A stretch of 64,000 bases of DNA, from positions 3,335,096-3,399,095 of the forward strand of contig CAVRMM010000002.1 of the NCBI GenBank assembly GCA_963722525.1. The letters run 5' to 3'. Both the position numbers and the translations under genes were made by a program. The notes beneath the pieces were generated by a model. That model was not told the origin of the DNA and did no database searches. It saw only the letters and a list, made by a program, of their open reading frames with translations. Positions 61,254-64,000 of the stretch are shown here, piece after piece. Every line of letters begins with the position of its first letter. Positions within the stretch are counted from its first letter, which is position 1. The DNA comes from an uncultured Actinomycetes bacterium (lineage in GTDB: Bacteria > Actinomycetota > Thermoleophilia > Gaiellales > F1-60-MAGs149).

Positions 61254-62129
61254 ATGTCCGTCGACGTCATCCACTTCACCGACCCGGCGTGTCCGTGGGC
61301 GTACTCGGCGGAGCCCGACCTGAATGCGCTCCGGTACCGGTACGGCAACGGCCTGCGCTGGCGGCGCGTGATGATCGGCCTGGCCGAGACGCACGAGCAG
61401 TACGACGGGCGCGGCTACAAGCCGGAGAAGTCGGCCCGCTCGCGGACGTCGTTCGCCCGCCGCTTCGGCATGCCGTTCCGGTTCGAGGCGCGCTCCCGCA
61501 ACCTCGGCACCGGCCTGCCGTGCCGCGCGGTCAAGGCGGCCGAGCTGCAGGACGACGACCTGGCCGAGGCGCTGCTGCGCGCGCTCCGGTTCGGCTACTT
61601 CGCGACGCCGCTGATGATGGACACCGACGACGCGATCCGCACCCAGGCCGAGACCGTCGCCGGCCTGGACGTCGACCGCCTGATGACCGACCTGAAGTCG
61701 GACGCGGTCGAGCAGGCGTACCAGGCCGACTGGGCCGAGACCCGGAACGCCGGCGTCACCGGCCGTCCGATGATCCTGCAGGACAAGCACGCCGACACCG
61801 ACGGCGCCGACCGCTTCACCGCTCCCAGCGTGCTGTTCGAGCGCGACGGCCGGCGGCTCGTCGCGGGCGGCTGGCAGTCGTTTGCCGTCTACGACGCGAT
61901 GGTCGCCAACCTGGCGCCCGAGCTCGAGCGGCGTGAAACGCCCGAGCCCGGAGATCTGCTGCCGCACTTCCCGCACGGCCTGACGACGCAGGAGGTCGCG
62001 GTCGCGTGCACCGCGAACCTGAAGGAGGTGCAGCGCGAGGAGACGCTGCGCAAGCTCGTCGGCCTCGCGTTCGAGGGGAAGGCGCGCCGCGTCGATGTCG
62101 GCGACGACGCGCTCTGGTTCCCCGTCTGA
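61254..62129 (+). CDS. DsbA-like thioredoxin-fold protein (single-Cys CPWA site)
   Basis: Intact 291 aa. VIHFTDPACPWAYSAEP N-terminus typical of the DSBA/FrnE/HCCA-isomerase family. Confidence 0.7.
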   Translation: MSVDVIHFTDPACPWAYSAEPDLNALRYRYGNGLRWRRVMIGLAETHEQYDGRGYKPEKSARSRTSFARRFGMPFRFEARSRNLGTGLPCRAVKAAELQDDDLAEALLRALRFGYFATPLMMDTDDAIRTQAETVAGLDVDRLMTDLKSDAVEQAYQADWAETRNAGVTGRPMILQDKHADTDGADRFTAPSVLFERDGRRLVAGGWQSFAVYDAMVANLAPELERRETPEPGDLLPHFPHGLTTQEVAVACTANLKEVQREETLRKLVGLAFEGKARRVDVGDDALWFPV

Positions 62130-62135
62130 CCGCTC

Positions 62136-63609
62136 CTACCGCACGGCGTCCGCGCCGGCGATCGCGTCGCGGACGGCGCTCGGGCGCCACACGGCGACCA
62201 CGATCACGGCCAGCGCACCTGCCATCAGCACCGCCGATCCCGTCAGCGCGGTGGCGATGCCGTGCGCCAGGTCGTGGCGCGCCGTGACGGCGTCGGTGGC
62301 TGCGGTCGCCGGCCCGCCGGCGGCGGCGAACACCGTCACCAGGATGCCGAGGCCGAGCGAGCCGCCCAGCTGGTGCGCGACGTTGACGAGGCCCGAGGCG
62401 GCACCCGCGTCGCGCTTCGCGACACCCGCCAGCCCGGCCGCCGTCAGGGGCGTGAACGCGGCGCCCATGCCGATGCCGAGCAGCAGCATCGGGATCGCGA
62501 GGCCGGGGAAGTACGGACGTGTCGACCGAGACCTGGCTGAGCCAGGCCATCCCGATCAGGGCCATCGACACGCCGCCGGTCAGGAGCACGCCGTCGCCGA
62601 CGCGTTCGGCGTAGCGCGGCACCGACCGGGCCACCGCGAACATGGCGACGGACATCGGCAGGAAGGCCATGCCGGCCTGCAGCGCGCTGAAGCCGAGCAC
62701 GCCCTGCAGATACTGCGTGACGAAGAAGAACATGCCGAACATGCCGCCGACCAGCAGTACGCGTGCCAGGTACGCGCCGGACCGCTGGCGACTCGCGAAC
62801 AGCCGCAGCGGGGTGATCGGCTGACCGGCGCGGCGCTCGGTCGACACGAAGGCGGCGAGCAGGATGGCGCCGGCGGCGAACGACGCGATGGTGCCGGCGT
62901 CGCCCCAGCCCTCGGCGGCGGTGCGGACGAAGCCGTACACCAGCCCGGTCATGCCGAGCGTCGAGGTGATGGCGCCGGCGAGGTCGAAGTGTCCCGTCGT
63001 GCGCGGGGTCTCCGGCAGGTGGCGCAGGGCGAGCGCGACGAGCGCGATGCCGACCGGGACGTTGATGAACAGGCCGAGACGCCACGAGACCCAGCTCGTG
63101 AGCATGCCCCCGAGCACGAGGCCGATGCTGCCGCCGCCGCTGGCGACGGCGCTGTAGAGGGCCAGCGCACGGGTGCGCTCGGCACCCTCTGCAAAGGTGG
63201 TCATGAGCAGCGCCAGTGCGGCCGGGGCGGCGATGGCGGCGCCGACGCCCTGCAGGGCGCGGGCGGCGAGCAGCAGACCGGCGGACGGCGCGAGGCCGCC
63301 GAGCAGCGAGGCGACGGTGAACACGGCGACGCCGGCCATGAACACACGGCGGCGGCCGAGGATGTCACCGGCGCGGGCGCCCAGCAACAGCAGGCCGCCG
63401 AAGGTCAGCGTGTAGGCGTTCTGCACCCACGAGAGGCCGGTGGACGAGAACCCGAGCGACTCGTGGATGTCGGGCAGGGCGGTGATGACGATCGAGGCGT
63501 CGAGGATGATCAGCAGGTACGTGGCGAGGATGATCACGAGCACCAGCGAGCGGTTGGCGTCACGATCGACGGGGCGGGCGGTGAACGGACGGGCGAGGAC
63601 GAACGACAT
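62136..63609 (-). pseudogene. MFS drug/H+ antiporter, DHA2 14-TMS family, one frameshift near 62500
   Basis: LDASIVITALPDI and GARAGDILGRRR motifs. After the SQVSVDTS region the TM reading continues in another frame (MLLLGIGMGAAFTPLTAAG...). Confidence 0.85.
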
Positions 63610-63647
63610 CGAGGACGAACCTTCTGGCGGAACGGAAGTGCTAAAGT

Positions 63648-63711
63648 GGAGGGCGCCTCCTCTTAGAGATACGGAGGCGACCTCCGGTTAGTATACGGAG
63701 GCATCCTCCGT
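63648..63711. promoter_or_regulatory. three tandem GGAGG-N3-CCTCC palindromes between divergent MFS and TetR genes (candidate TetR operators)
   Basis: GGAGGGCGCCTCC at 63648-63660, ACGGAGGCGACCTCCGG at 63671-63687, and ACGGAGGCATCCTCCGT at 63695-63711 (perfect 7-3-7). Centres are about 24-25 bp apart. Confidence 0.55.
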
Positions 63712-63743
63712 TTATCAAGCGGATTCCGAGAGTTCCCCGACCC

Positions 63744-64000
63744 ATGGCCTCTGACAGCACCGCTCCCACCGTCGTCTCCCGCCCGCTGCGCGCCGACGCG
63801 CGCCGCAACTACGACAAGCTGATCGCCGCCGCCCGCGAGGCGTTCACCGAGCACGACTCGACCGCGTCGCTCGAGGACATCGCCCGCCGCGCCCAGGTCG
63901 GCATCGGCACCCTCTACCGCCACTTCCCGACCCGCAAGGACCTGCTCGCCGCGGTGTACCAGGAGGAGGTCGAGGCGATCTGCCGCTCCGCCGACGAGTA
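63744..64000 (+). CDS. TetR-family transcriptional regulator, 3' end cut by window edge
   Basis: ATG at 63744. RRNYDKLIAAAREAFTEHDSTASLEDIARRAQVGIGTLYRHFPTRKDLL is a canonical TetR HTH. Confidence 0.9.
   Translation, partial: MASDSTAPTVVSRPLRADARRNYDKLIAAAREAFTEHDSTASLEDIARRAQVGIGTLYRHFPTRKDLLAAVYQEEVEAICRSADE

Noticed and set aside
63618-63631. A 12-nt identity (ccttctggcgga) with the 33-bp tandem unit at 5136.
   Set aside because: The match is too short to call a repeat copy, and the palindrome core does not follow it. It is noted only as a possible remnant.

Overview
This is a very GC-rich, actinobacterial-type chromosomal segment (about 70-80% G+C in hand-counted lines). It is densely packed with roughly 60 protein-coding genes, many joined by 1-4 nt stop/start overlaps (ATGA, GTGA, TGATG). 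I recognised no rRNA, tRNA, CRISPR array, transposase or integrase.

Gene content:
- Housekeeping genes: a gluQ fragment, infA, lon, rpiA, leuC/leuD, ychF, lepB and an AceE-like E1.
- Regulator/transporter pairs: TetR-MFS, GntR-EamA and XRE-cupin, plus HxlR and Rrf2 regulators.
- A clear amine / N-methyl-amine catabolic theme: an agmatinase-family ureohydrolase, a hyuA-hyuB + SDR + sarcosine-oxidase-like operon, and a trimethylamine-dehydrogenase-like flavoprotein with a DAO-family oxidoreductase.

Main observations:
1. A minus-strand operon (25,790 to 22,023) combines several parts: a MauE-thioredoxin fusion, a TAT-exported Cys/Trp-rich MauA-like (methylamine dehydrogenase light-chain-like) protein, a 22-codon hydrophobic micro-ORF, a polytopic membrane protein with five or six blade-like repeats, a nitroreductase and two small unknown proteins. 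No MauB heavy chain, MauG or amicyanin is recognisable anywhere in the window.
2. By rough eye count there are several dozen reading-frame breaks. They cluster in blocks that cross gene boundaries and hit leuCD, rpiA and the E1 gene, while long neighbours (lon, a 634-aa hydrolase, the multicopper oxidase) stay intact. This pattern points to patchy sequence quality rather than biological decay, but that needs read-level checking.
3. Two families of intergenic palindrome-bearing repeats are present (GGTGCCTGGCACC type and GGGGTCAGACCCC type).
4. A lower-GC, frameshift-free multicopper oxidase gene heads an operon with a membrane protein and a signal peptidase I.
5. Several clean palindromic operator candidates sit in divergent promoter regions.

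All functional calls come from motif recognition by eye. No database search was run.
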